Source: Bacillota bacterium
GTDB taxonomy: Bacteria > Bacillota > Clostridia > Acetivibrionales > JAMNXU01
NCBI GenBank assembly: GCA_023623175.1
Contig: JAMNXU010000026.1
Coordinates: 10,383-74,382 of the forward strand
Direction of reading: 5' to 3'
Length of the DNA: 64,000 nucleotides
The notes under the pieces are model-generated. The model made no database searches. It was not told the DNA's origin and saw only the letters and a program-made list of their open reading frames with translations. The position numbers were made by a program, and so were the translations under genes. Numbering within the stretch: position 1 is the stretch's first letter; every line of letters starts with the position of its first letter. Shown here piece by piece: positions 51,701 through 61,335 of this stretch.

Positions 51701-51800
51701 ATAAATTTTCCTCACTTTTTTCCTGTTTTTATAAATCCGCCTTCATCTGCAATTTGAAACCCGGAGTACCCTATGCCCCCTTTCCTGAATGCATTTAAGT

Positions 51801-52030
51801 TTATTTACGGGTCTTTAGCCATTCATCTATTTCCTTCTGCATTTCTTCAATCATCTTGTCCCTTCCGATTGTCTTTTTCAGTTCAACATATTCTTCATAT
51901 GTTCGTGTATATCAGCTTGCATTGCGGGTCATGCCTGTTGTAATAAACGTAGCTAATATCATAAAAGATAAAGCCGATATACCCTTTTGCCCTGTTTCAG
52001 AAGCTTCAACATGGATGAATTCTTTTCATT
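51801..52030 (-). pseudogene. Decayed fragment of a paralogue of the neighbouring solute-binding lipoprotein
   Basis: The minus-strand translation ...YEEYVELKKTIGRDKMIEEMQKEIDEWLKTRK* parallels the intact C-terminus ...FEEFKTRQK...IKEWLDRKQ*. The segment GGGTCATGCCTGTTGTAATA (about 51926) matches 50984-51004 with a single 1-nt indel and no substitutions. The pieces are out of frame and internally deleted. Confidence 0.5.
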
Positions 52031-52127
52031 ATCATTCAATTTTAATATTATTAACTTATTTTACCTGTATAAAGTAGGTTTTTTTTGGTATTTCGGAGGC
52101 TTTTTTTCATTATCTGTCGTGTCATAA

Positions 52128-52155
52128 AATTATAAAACCCCGCAGAGCGGGGTAT
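52128..52155 (-). terminator. Intrinsic terminator after the P-type ATPase
   Basis: The minus strand reads ACCCCGC-UCU-GCGGGGU followed by UUUAUAAUUUU. Confidence 0.7.
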
Positions 52156-52213
52156 CTTTCAAGCTTTTCGCACTTTTTCCTGTTTATGACTTTCTCTTAT
52201 TTTTCACCTTTTG

Positions 52214-54925
52214 TCATGTTCGTTTTTTTGCTCCTCTCCGCCTGAACATGCTTGCCGCGACGGGAACAATTCCCGTAAATCCAAGTACAAGCGCCCAATC
52301 CTCCGCTACAATCGATGTGGTCTTAAAAATAGGCTGCAGTACGGGTATATAAATAACCGCGAGAATCATCGCAACCGAGCATGAAACGGCAAGTATCAGG
52401 GCCTTGTTGTTCAGAACCGGTATCTCGAAAATGGATTTCCTTTCCGATTTACATTCAAAAACGTGAATGAGCTGGGTCAATACGAGCGTAAGAAAAGCCG
52501 CTGTTCTCGCGCGAACCACATTCCCCGTAAAGAACAGTATGCTGCAGAAAACCGCAAGAGTGCACAATCCTATGAGTATTCCGCGTATTACTATAAGATG
52601 CAGGAGTCCTCCCGAGAAAATATTCTCTTTGGTACCCCTGGGTTTTTGCATCATTATATCCTTTTCGGCAGGCTCAAGGCTCAGTGCTATGGCCGGCAGC
52701 CCGTCAGTTACAAGGTTGACCCAAAGGATTTGTAACGGAAAAAGCGGAATCGGAAGCCCCAGGATCATTCCGAGAAACATCGTCAGTACCTCGCCTATGT
52801 TGCACGAAAGCAAGTACCGTATAAATTTACGGATATTGCTGTATATCACCCTGCCTTCCTCGACGGCGGAAACAATGCTCGCAAAATTGTCATCGAGCAG
52901 TATCATAGACGAAGCTTCCTTTGTTACATCGGTGCCCGTGATGCCCATCGCCACGCCTATGTCCGCTTCCTTGACCGCGGGAGCATCGTTGACACCGTCG
53001 CCCGTCATGGCCACCACATGACCGAGCCTTTTCAGCGCCCTCACTATCATCAGCTTGTGTTTCGGCGATACCCTGGCATATACCGTGACCTTGTCAGCAA
53101 CCTTCTGCAATGCGGTTTCGTTCATTGTTTCAAGGTCAGCGCCGGTAAGCAGCATATCCCCTTTATTATAAATATTTAATTCTGACGCAATTGCCGCCGC
53201 GGTTCCCTTGTGATCCCCCGTAATCATGACCGGCTTTATGCCCGCAAGCTTGCATTTCTGCACAGCTTCAAACGCTTCTTTCCTCGGCGGATCAATCATT
53301 CCGGCAAGGCCAAGGAAAACCAGGTCCGTTTCCAGCTGCTCCGTCGTGTATCTTTTGTCGGAAAGTTTCTTATACGCAAACCCCAGCACCCTCAGGGCGT
53401 CGCCCGCCATCCTTTCATTGGCCGCGAGGACGGCAGCCTTTCTCCTGCTGTCAAGCAGCACTGCTTCGCCACCCGCCATAATCCGGCTGCACTTGTTTAT
53501 AATGACGTCGGCAGCGCCCTTTGTAAATACATATATATCTCCTTTTTTATCGGCGCATATCACCGTCATGCATTTCCTGTCCGAATCAAAGGGAATTTCG
53601 TCTATCCTGCGGTAATATTCGCTGAGCTTCTTTTCATCGACTCCCGCCTTTGCCGCGACCACCAGGAGCGCTCCTTCCGTCGGATCGCCCTGAATTGTCC
53701 ATTTCCCGCGGTCCGAAAATACCTTCCTGAGCTTTTTTATTACTCCGTCGGCGGAAGAATCCGATTGGACAAGTATTGAATTATTGCAAAGAACGCCGGT
53801 TTCCAAAAGAAGGCTCAAAGCCCTGTTAAACGGCGTCCTGAGTTTTCGTCCGTTCTGTGTTATTTCACCCACGGGCTCGAACCCGATGCCGCTGACATCA
53901 TAATTCCCATCAGCCGTATAAATCCGCCTTACCGTCATTTTATTCTCCGTGAGAGTACCTGTTTTGTCCGAACAAATAACGGTAGCACAGCCCAGCGTTT
54001 CGACGGTCGGCAGTTTCCTCACGAGCGCATTTCTCCTCAGCATGCGCTGTACCCCAAGGGCCAGCGAAATCGTGACAATCGCGGGCAATCCTTCGGGAAC
54101 GGCAGCCACAGCGAGGCTTATACCCGAAAGCAGCATGGTGAACAGCGCTTCGCCGCGCAGTATGCCCGTCACCGTTACTACAGCACATATGCCAAGGCAT
54201 GCTATGGCTATAAATTTGCCGAGATGCTCAAGTCTCTTCTGCAACGGCGTCTGTTCATCTTCAATTTCCTCTATCATACCGGCTATTTTGCCCATTTCCG
54301 TGTCCATGCCCGTGGCAGTCACGTAAGCCATGCACCGTCCGCCCGTTACCATCGTCCCCATAAACACGGAGTTATTCCTGTCAGCACTGCCTGCCGCAGG
54401 CGCTGAAGTTTTTTCGACGGGCAGCGATTCACCGGTCAGCAGTGATTCGTCCACAAAAAAGTTTTTGCATTCAATCACCCTGCCGTCAGCGGGGATTCGG
54501 TCCCCGGCCTCAAGTTCCACGAGATCGCCGGGAACAACCAGCTGTGCAGGGATGACAACGCGCTTTCCATCCCGGATGACTTTTGCCGTAGGAGCCGCAA
54601 GATTTCTCAAAGCATCAAGCGTCTTTTCGGTCCTGAACTCCTGTATGAATCCAAGAACGGCATTTAAAATCACAATGGCAATAATCGTCACTGCCTCGAC
54701 CAGGTCGCCCATGAAGGCTGAAACAGCCGTGCTCACAAGCAATATGATAACCATGAAGTCCCTGAACTGGTCGAAGAATATCTTAAGAGGCGATACTTTT
54801 TTTCCGGTAACCAGTGTATTCGGGCCGTGCTCATCCAGCCTGCGCCTTGCTTCCCTTTCGGTCAGCCCCCTGTAAGTCGGGGCTCGTTTTTCCGTTTTCG
54901 CGGATTGTTTCGCAATTGTGGCCAT
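52214..54925 (-). CDS. P-type cation-transporting ATPase, P2 (Ca2+-ATPase-like) type
   Basis: DKTGTLTEN phosphorylation site, TGES actuator motif, TGDGVNDAPA hinge, and about 10 TM segments. Confidence 0.9.
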   Translation of the reverse strand: MATIAKQSAKTEKRAPTYRGLTEREARRRLDEHGPNTLVTGKKVSPLKIFFDQFRDFMVIILLVSTAVSAFMGDLVEAVTIIAIVILNAVLGFIQEFRTEKTLDALRNLAAPTAKVIRDGKRVVIPAQLVVPGDLVELEAGDRIPADGRVIECKNFFVDESLLTGESLPVEKTSAPAAGSADRNNSVFMGTMVTGGRCMAYVTATGMDTEMGKIAGMIEEIEDEQTPLQKRLEHLGKFIAIACLGICAVVTVTGILRGEALFTMLLSGISLAVAAVPEGLPAIVTISLALGVQRMLRRNALVRKLPTVETLGCATVICSDKTGTLTENKMTVRRIYTADGNYDVSGIGFEPVGEITQNGRKLRTPFNRALSLLLETGVLCNNSILVQSDSSADGVIKKLRKVFSDRGKWTIQGDPTEGALLVVAAKAGVDEKKLSEYYRRIDEIPFDSDRKCMTVICADKKGDIYVFTKGAADVIINKCSRIMAGGEAVLLDSRRKAAVLAANERMAGDALRVLGFAYKKLSDKRYTTEQLETDLVFLGLAGMIDPPRKEAFEAVQKCKLAGIKPVMITGDHKGTAAAIASELNIYNKGDMLLTGADLETMNETALQKVADKVTVYARVSPKHKLMIVRALKRLGHVVAMTGDGVNDAPAVKEADIGVAMGITGTDVTKEASSMILLDDNFASIVSAVEEGRVIYSNIRKFIRYLLSCNIGEVLTMFLGMILGLPIPLFPLQILWVNLVTDGLPAIALSLEPAEKDIMMQKPRGTKENIFSGGLLHLIVIRGILIGLCTLAVFCSILFFTGNVVRARTAAFLTLVLTQLIHVFECKSERKSIFEIPVLNNKALILAVSCSVAMILAVIYIPVLQPIFKTTSIVAEDWALVLGFTGIVPVAASMFRRRGAKKRT

Positions 54926-54969
54926 AGTATCTCTCTCCTTTTTTTATCCCTCGTCCTAATATAATTATT

Positions 54970-55075
54970 CAGACGGGTTCCCGGTTAGACCATCCGGCTC
55001 GTGCCTGTCAACAATCCGCCACCGGGGCCCGTTACAAGGTCTTCCGGTTTCTATTAATGGCGCCCGGATTCGCAA
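54970..55075 (-). promoter_or_regulatory. GC-rich structured block in the 5' leader of the P-type ATPase (candidate cis-regulatory RNA, class unknown)
   Basis: Several mutually exclusive complementarities are present (AAUCCG/CGGAUU, AUCCGG/CCGGAU, CCGGAAGACC/GGUCUAACCGG). The surrounding intergenic DNA is otherwise AT-rich. Confidence 0.3.
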
Positions 55076-55261
55076 AAAATATTCAATAAAAGACTGCTCG
55101 CTGAAAAAAACTGATAAAAAAAATAAAAAGAGCCGTGTCTCTAAGAAATAAAAAGCAGACCGTATTTTTATTAAAAATAAAAAGCCCGTATTTTTATTAA
55201 ATACGGACCTTATTATTTGAATTTGCCCCCACAAGGCAATTTATTCGCACATTGTTCACCG

Positions 55262-55975
55262 TTATCCGAAGATCCTGCTGATCATGCCCGTAAACCGAAC
55301 TCTTGACTTTTGCAGGAAATCCAGTATCTTGAATCTTACGCGTATCGGTATGTCTTCGCTGTCTTCGGCTGAAGTGATCAGGCGATATTCCTCGCTCGTA
55401 AGCACTTCTTTAAGTCCCTGCTTTGCTGATTCCGGCACAGTTCCGTGTGACACGTCCACAAAGCACAGCGGGGGGAACAGCACGCACCACCAGTTTTCGC
55501 CGGCGCCTTCTCCGATGGTTATTTTCAAAGCCTCATAAACTCCCGCAGGCAAAACAATATCGCCGTACATTTTTGTAGGAAAAGGGAATTTCCCCAGGGC
55601 TGCGTCAACCTTGTAATCTCTGCCCTTGTTCCTCACCGTTTCAGCGGCAATTCTTTTTATTTCCTCCATTTCCGTATTGATAATGTGCCTCGTCTGTTCA
55701 ATATCCCTGGAATCCCTGAGCCTTTTCTTCATATATTCAAGCACGGCGTCCCTGACGTCCCTTTTCAGCGCCTGGTCTTCGGGAGAGTCGCTGTTTGCGA
55801 CCACGTGCAACCTTATAAGGTTCTCCGCAAGACCTTCAGTTACATTTTCTGAATAGCCGGAAAGAAAAATGCTGAAAAATATAGTCAGAGTCAGCAAAAT
55901 CATTACCGCGATTTTCATCCGGTTGTACATTTTAAGTTCCCTGAACTTTTTAACCATCGGCAATACTCTGTTCAT
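55262..55975 (-). CDS. spoIIR: Stage II sporulation protein R
   Basis: LIRLHVVANSDSPEDQALKRDVRDAVL and GENWWCVLFPPLCF are SpoIIR hallmarks. The start is set at MNRVLP, behind AGGGGGA. Confidence 0.9.
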   Translation of the reverse strand: MNRVLPMVKKFRELKMYNRMKIAVMILLTLTIFFSIFLSGYSENVTEGLAENLIRLHVVANSDSPEDQALKRDVRDAVLEYMKKRLRDSRDIEQTRHIINTEMEEIKRIAAETVRNKGRDYKVDAALGKFPFPTKMYGDIVLPAGVYEALKITIGEGAGENWWCVLFPPLCFVDVSHGTVPESAKQGLKEVLTSEEYRLITSAEDSEDIPIRVRFKILDFLQKSRVRFTGMISRIFG

Positions 55976-55989
55976 AACGTTTCCCCCTG

Positions 55990-56018
55990 ATTTATCCGTT
56001 GAAATGATTCGCAATGCA
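55990..56018 (-). promoter_or_regulatory. Possible forespore sigma-F type promoter of spoIIR
   Basis: The minus strand reads TGCATT - 15 nt - GGATAAAT. This is only a partial match to the GCATR / GGnnAnAnT pattern. Confidence 0.3.
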
Positions 56019-56302
56019 GTATAAGTATTGTCATAATAAAAATAATTTATACTGTTTATGAAATCTGGCATGGGAAATAAGCCGGATTAAAGAATAAAAC
56101 GAAATAAGCGCTAAAAAATAAAAAAAGCATCAATAATAAAAAGCCGCCGGACGCGTCTTTGGCTTTCACGCAATCCAACGGCCATGTTGCACTATTCATC
56201 CGGGTTATCAAGCAGACGTAACATCAGATTATGTACTGGCTGTCATACCCGATCAATTTTGCAGGATACCTCCTGCAATTTTGCAATACAAATTGCTGTC
56301 GA

Positions 56303-57793
56303 CTAATTCTGTTTGAGCCATTCAACGGCTGCCCTGTATTGGGCGTCTATTTCAAGCAAAAGCTCGTCAAGCTTTTCATTGAGTTTTCGCTGGGTCGTAA
56401 AATCCAGCACGCCGCCGGGATAGAGGCCGTTCTGCCTGCGGAATGTATCCACGGCTCTGTAAGTCTTTTCATCCAGTATCAAATCGGGCTGATCCACGTC
56501 ATATCCCAGGAGTGCCAGTATTCTTTCCGCATTGAACACATCAATGCTTTCGTCTCCGAGCCCGGGCTTGGAAGTTATCGTAAGTTTTGATATGCTGCGC
56601 ACGTCAATATTCTTTATAAGCGGATAATCCTCAACCTCTATGTCGGGTTCAATGCCCCTGCCTTCTATTTTTTGACCTTTGGGCGTAAGATATTGTCCCA
56701 CCGTCATTTTAACCGTACCGAATGTTTCATTGGCCAGCGGAATGATCCCGTGCGCATAAAGCGTGTAAATATCAACGACCTTTGTCCCGAGAAATTCCTC
56801 GTATTTCTTTTGAGCTTCCGGCGTTAAGACGGGAATGAGCTGCTGGATTGTGGCCTTGCCGAAAGTCGTGCTGCCGATCAGCACACCGGCTTTCGTATCC
56901 TTTATTGCGCCCGCCAGTATCTCGGAAGCGCTGGCAGTTTTCCCGTTTACCAATACGGCCAGCTGGTACCTGGGCTCTTCGAGGCTGCTGTAATACTCTT
57001 CATCGGGCATACCGGTATAATCCAGTTTTGTAATCAGGCCTTTCGGAACAAAGTGACGGGCCGTTGCGATAGCCTGGTCCGTTAAACCGCCCGGATTATT
57101 CCTGAGATCAAGTATCAGCTTATTAACTCCGTGTCGGTCCATTTCTTCCAAGGCCTTCCTGAAATTATCATAGGTATTGAAGTTAAACATTTCGATCTTG
57201 ATATAACCAATACCGTCCCTTATTTCCCAGGAAACAGGGCTGATCCTGATCTCGGCGCGGGTCAGTTCAAAAGTGAGCGGCGTCTCGCTCATTCCCCTTA
57301 AAATGGTCAAAACCACTTTGGTGCCCGCAGGCCCGCGTACACGGGAATTTACTTCTTCCGAACTCATACCCGCGGTGCTTACACCGTCCACACCGATTAT
57401 CCGGTCTCCCGGCAGAATCCCCGCCTTCTCGGCCGGCGATTCGGGAAACACCTTGATAATTTCCATGTACTGCTTCGTTTCTATATACGCAATTCCTACG
57501 CCTTCAAACTTGTCTTCGAGCGTGCTCATGAAACTCTCGGCTTCTTCAGGAGTGTAAAATACCGAATAGGGGTCCAGGGCGCTGAATATCCCCTTCAGAA
57601 TCCCCGTTATCAGTTCTTTTTCCGACACTTCCCCCAGGTATCTCTGATTTATCAGGTCCATTATTCCCTGCAGATACCCAAAATCAACCGAAGCTTTCTC
57701 CGATTTGGTCTCTGCTGCAAAGACGACCTGTCCCGACAGCAATACCAGGACCATGATTACTGGCAATACCCTTTTCAACAAAACAGCCTTCAT
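56303..57793 (-). CDS. S41 C-terminal processing peptidase (CtpA/CtpB-like) with PDZ and C-terminal peptidoglycan-binding domain
   Basis: A signal peptide, a PDZ domain (GDRIIGVDG), the catalytic Ser block NGKTASASEIL, and a PG_binding_1-like tail (LALLGYDVD...FRRQNGLYPGGVLD). Confidence 0.85.
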   Translation of the reverse strand: MKAVLLKRVLPVIMVLVLLSGQVVFAAETKSEKASVDFGYLQGIMDLINQRYLGEVSEKELITGILKGIFSALDPYSVFYTPEEAESFMSTLEDKFEGVGIAYIETKQYMEIIKVFPESPAEKAGILPGDRIIGVDGVSTAGMSSEEVNSRVRGPAGTKVVLTILRGMSETPLTFELTRAEIRISPVSWEIRDGIGYIKIEMFNFNTYDNFRKALEEMDRHGVNKLILDLRNNPGGLTDQAIATARHFVPKGLITKLDYTGMPDEEYYSSLEEPRYQLAVLVNGKTASASEILAGAIKDTKAGVLIGSTTFGKATIQQLIPVLTPEAQKKYEEFLGTKVVDIYTLYAHGIIPLANETFGTVKMTVGQYLTPKGQKIEGRGIEPDIEVEDYPLIKNIDVRSISKLTITSKPGLGDESIDVFNAERILALLGYDVDQPDLILDEKTYRAVDTFRRQNGLYPGGVLDFTTQRKLNEKLDELLLEIDAQYRAAVEWLKQN

Positions 57794-57872
57794 AAAAACC
57801 CCTCACAAACTAATGTTGTTATTTAAATTGTAACAAAGATTGTTAATTAAATTGTAACAAATTTTCATTCCA

Positions 57873-57904
57873 TAAAAAATTGCCGGTTACTTTGGACCGG
57901 CAAT
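57873..57904 (-). terminator. Intrinsic terminator after the SLH protein gene
   Basis: The minus strand reads AUUGCCGGU-N8-ACCGGCAAU followed by UUUUUUAU. Confidence 0.7.
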
Positions 57905-57961
57905 TTGTTCTTTTCACTGCCAATTATTCAAAAGCCGCGCACAAAGCATCATAAATTCAGT

Positions 57962-59530
57962 TTACCAGGAATAGTTGACAATACGGTCCCTGTAGTCCAA
58001 TCTCATATCATCCCTCATATATTCAATAAACCGGCTCAGAACAACCGCGGCTTCAGCCTTGGTTACGCGGGCTTCCGGATGCAGGTAGCCGTTTTCATCC
58101 GCCGTTAACAGGCCGATCCGTTCCGACACGTAGGCTGCCTTCCTGGCGTATTCAGGAATCCTGTCATTATCCCTGAAAACAGTAACAGCCCCGGGACCCG
58201 GCGCCATGTTCTCGAGGCCCATTGCCCGGACAAGGGTTAAAATGATTTCCGCCACGGTTATGTAATCATCGGGCCTGAAAGCTCCCTGTCCCGTTCCCGT
58301 CATCAGTCCCCTTTCATAGGCGGTTTTTATGGCTTCAAAATATTTATGGCCAACAGTAACATCCGCAAAGGGCGATACCGGCTCTTCGGCTTTCTTTTTA
58401 ACCACTGCCGCGGTCTTGCTTGCAAGGGCGGGATCCGCAGGCACTTCCTTCGCAGCCTCAACGACTGCTTTTGCAAATTCTGCACGCGTCATGAAGTCTT
58501 CGGGATCAAAACCGGGCTCACTTTCATCAAAGATGCCGAGGCTGAACATGAGACCCATTTCCCTTTCCGCCGGATGGGCTTTTATTATGTCTATCGTCGG
58601 CACCTTAAGCCGTGTCTGCACGGGGAAGGATTCCACCATGAGACTTCCGCTGCGCGTAATTACGCGGCCGGTGGAAATTCCGTCGGTGTCAAATTCGGGA
58701 AGCCTGCTTTCATATTCAAGTATGCCATTGTTGCTCTGGATCTGCAGAAAACCACCGGGAAGGCTCATCGGGTCCGGTAGGTGCTCTACATACCGAAGAT
58801 CTTTCACCGTAGACAGGGAAATCCTGACCACGGCCGTTCCTCCCCAACGATCCATGAGATCGGCCGTCTTTCGTTCTCCGCTGATATCATAAACCAGCAC
58901 CTGCGCTTCGGTGCTGCCCCAGTATTGATCATACCCGTAAAACTCGCCCGTTACATCCACCGTTACCGTCGCAGAACCGGCATTTACACCGCTGCCCGTC
59001 CTGTAAGTCTTCCGGCTCCAGAAATTGCCCGCGTGATAATTTACGGCCGGGCAGGTATCGGTCAGGCGCGTCCTTGTAAACTCGGTGCTTATCAGCGTAT
59101 AGGTTTGGCTGCCTATGCGCAGCGTTTCGGAAGGAGTCCTGGCAAGAGAGGTCTCCTCGATTATCTGTCCGTTATCCGTTTGCGTCACCCTGGTGGAGTG
59201 AACCAGTGTCCTTTTCAGTGTAGCCGCCTTCTCGGCGTTTTGCAAGTCGTATGTATAAGTTGTCGTAATTATATCCTGTTTCGTTTTCGTGTCTTTCCTC
59301 GAGGATTTCCTGATTGTCAGGGTGCCCTTGAAAATCAGCGGTTCCCCGGTGACAAAACATATTTCCTGGTATTCAAAGGACGTCTTGCCGGCTGCTTCCC
59401 CGGAAGAAACTCCCCCCTCGTAGCCGCAGTCTCCTTCGCGCGCAAATGCCGTCGGAACCAGGAGACCCTGCAGGATGAAACACAGCGTCAAAACTATTGA
59501 AATTGTCCGTTTCCTGAAACGATACATCAA
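57962..59530 (-). CDS. Secreted protein with three C-terminal SLH (S-layer homology) domains
   Basis: A signal peptide precedes the C-terminal repeats FMTRAEFAKAVVEA, FADVTVGHKYFEAIKTAYERGLMTGTG...ITVAEIILTLVRA and VTKAEAAVVLSRF. Confidence 0.8.
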   Translation of the reverse strand: MMYRFRKRTISIVLTLCFILQGLLVPTAFAREGDCGYEGGVSSGEAAGKTSFEYQEICFVTGEPLIFKGTLTIRKSSRKDTKTKQDIITTTYTYDLQNAEKAATLKRTLVHSTRVTQTDNGQIIEETSLARTPSETLRIGSQTYTLISTEFTRTRLTDTCPAVNYHAGNFWSRKTYRTGSGVNAGSATVTVDVTGEFYGYDQYWGSTEAQVLVYDISGERKTADLMDRWGGTAVVRISLSTVKDLRYVEHLPDPMSLPGGFLQIQSNNGILEYESRLPEFDTDGISTGRVITRSGSLMVESFPVQTRLKVPTIDIIKAHPAEREMGLMFSLGIFDESEPGFDPEDFMTRAEFAKAVVEAAKEVPADPALASKTAAVVKKKAEEPVSPFADVTVGHKYFEAIKTAYERGLMTGTGQGAFRPDDYITVAEIILTLVRAMGLENMAPGPGAVTVFRDNDRIPEYARKAAYVSERIGLLTADENGYLHPEARVTKAEAAVVLSRFIEYMRDDMRLDYRDRIVNYSW

Positions 59531-59574
59531 ACCTTCCTCCGATCCCAGTTATGTCAACACAATGGTTAAAATTA

Positions 59575-61302
59575 TTACTCTTCCACCATGACTATATAGG
59601 CATCGCCCCTGTTGCCGTTTCTCCCCATGTAGACGCGGATTTCATCTCCCTTTTTGATGTCCCGGGCCTCGATTATTTTGTCTCCCTTGAGGAATATCGT
59701 GTTTTCCAGCAGGTTCAGTTCCATTTCGGGGTTGTCCTTCCATGTAAAATCTTCGGGATCAAAATATTTGACCCTGGCAATGCCAAGTCCCGTCGGACCG
59801 TCAATCGGCTGTCCGCTTTCATCGGTCACGAGCCCTGTCATTTCGTATACCATTCCCTTTACGTGGGTTCCGCCGGGTCCGAACGGGGCAGTGCTGACAA
59901 GCAGGGCATCGGTTTCCGAGGCAACGATATAAACCACCCTGCCGACATAGCTGTTCTTTCCGTAACCCACAAAATTCCTCGGATTTACCAGGCCCTTGTC
60001 ATCAAGGATCCTTGTATCATAGGTAATTTTGAAGGTTTTGGGAGTATTCGCGTACTCCCATGACGTTCCGTCAAGCCTTGAAAAGGACTCCACGGTAAAA
60101 TCCCTGAACTCATTTATGCTCCTGATTCTTCCGCGGTAGATCTCAGGCTGAGAGGAAGTCCTGCTCGAAACCTGCACGATTGCGGCAAAGTAGTCGCCAC
60201 TGTAATAATCCCTCAGGGCAGCAATATATGCCGTATCTTTTTCTGAAAGACTCAAACCCGTGACAAGGCGCCCGTCCTTCACTATAATGGAGCCTTCGCC
60301 GAAGTTTAAGGCTTTGAATGAACCGGCAAGCGTAATCAGCCCGTAGCTTGTATTGGCCGATTCTATGCTGTCATTTATGATAATTTCACTGTCACTTTTA
60401 TTTATGTAGCTCAAAACCACTGCGCGTTCCTTCCCTCCGTAATCCTTTTCCACGGCGATGTAGGCGTCGCGGTAATTATAGTAGCGCGCAGCGGTTTCAA
60501 TATCCAGCTTCCTGTTATTCTCGTAAATAAAGTATTCGTCGGCAAGCTTAATGGTGGAATAAGCGCTTACCCCGGTCCTTACCCACATGCCACGGCTGAA
60601 AACCTCGAGATTCCTTATTGTTATGCTCCTGGACACCGTGTTTATTCTCTCTATGCTCCCCCTGTATATATTGGAAATATGGTGCCTGCCGCTTTCAATG
60701 GTCACTTCCCTGATTACCGTGGCGCCGGGGGTGATCTCAAGCAGAAGCCTTACCCTGTCTCCTTCTTTCAGCGCGCTGTAATCCACAACCCTGCCTTCTG
60801 CTATGAAAATGACTTCGCTGTTTACAGCCAGCAGCTGAACGGATCCGTCGTCATACCTCACCGTTATGCTCGAGGGCTTTTTGGAAATGACTTTTCCGTA
60901 CCTGGGAGTAAAATTGCTCACGGCGCTTATTTCCACGACACGGCCTTCGTCGTCAAGCCTGATGAACGCCAGGTCACCGGCCGAAATGTCCCCGGGTTCC
61001 GCCTGCCTGTAGTTTTTTGTAACTTTTACAAAGGGATCGGGCGCATAGTTGAAGGTCCTGAGCTCAATGAGCTCGATTCTTTTTTCGGGATCTGTTCCCG
61101 TACCGTCGTCATTGTACAATGTTATATAACCCAACTGGGGATTGTTTTCTTCCACTATACCCCTGAAAGCCCTGCCCGCTGCGCCAACGCCGGTATTATC
61201 GGCGACAGCTGCCGGCGGCAGCATGCCAAGGAATAAAATGAACATGATAAGAATTACCGCTGAAAACCTATTTCCAGTAAATTTTCTACCGAGCGGAAAC
61301 AT
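59575..61302 (-). CDS. Secreted/anchored hypothetical protein (575 aa)
   Basis: An N-terminal signal/anchor (AVILIMFILFLGMLPPAAVA) and a beta-rich sequence. I recognise no family. It lies 44 nt upstream of the SLH gene. Confidence 0.45.
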   Translation of the reverse strand: MFPLGRKFTGNRFSAVILIMFILFLGMLPPAAVADNTGVGAAGRAFRGIVEENNPQLGYITLYNDDGTGTDPEKRIELIELRTFNYAPDPFVKVTKNYRQAEPGDISAGDLAFIRLDDEGRVVEISAVSNFTPRYGKVISKKPSSITVRYDDGSVQLLAVNSEVIFIAEGRVVDYSALKEGDRVRLLLEITPGATVIREVTIESGRHHISNIYRGSIERINTVSRSITIRNLEVFSRGMWVRTGVSAYSTIKLADEYFIYENNRKLDIETAARYYNYRDAYIAVEKDYGGKERAVVLSYINKSDSEIIINDSIESANTSYGLITLAGSFKALNFGEGSIIVKDGRLVTGLSLSEKDTAYIAALRDYYSGDYFAAIVQVSSRTSSQPEIYRGRIRSINEFRDFTVESFSRLDGTSWEYANTPKTFKITYDTRILDDKGLVNPRNFVGYGKNSYVGRVVYIVASETDALLVSTAPFGPGGTHVKGMVYEMTGLVTDESGQPIDGPTGLGIARVKYFDPEDFTWKDNPEMELNLLENTIFLKGDKIIEARDIKKGDEIRVYMGRNGNRGDAYIVMVEE

Positions 61303-61335
61303 GTCAACACCCCGTCATCGAAAATCAGCTTTAAA

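Noticed and set aside
54926-55261. An M-box, yybP-ykoY or ydaO riboswitch might lie upstream of the P-type ATPase.
   Set aside because: CGAAUCC and GGGAACCC resemble fragments of the ydaO consensus. However, the characteristic ACAGCUAACC and GGGGUGAAUC segments, the GGGGAGUAG of yybP-ykoY and the M-box core are all absent as far as I can judge by eye. I kept it only as an unclassified candidate.
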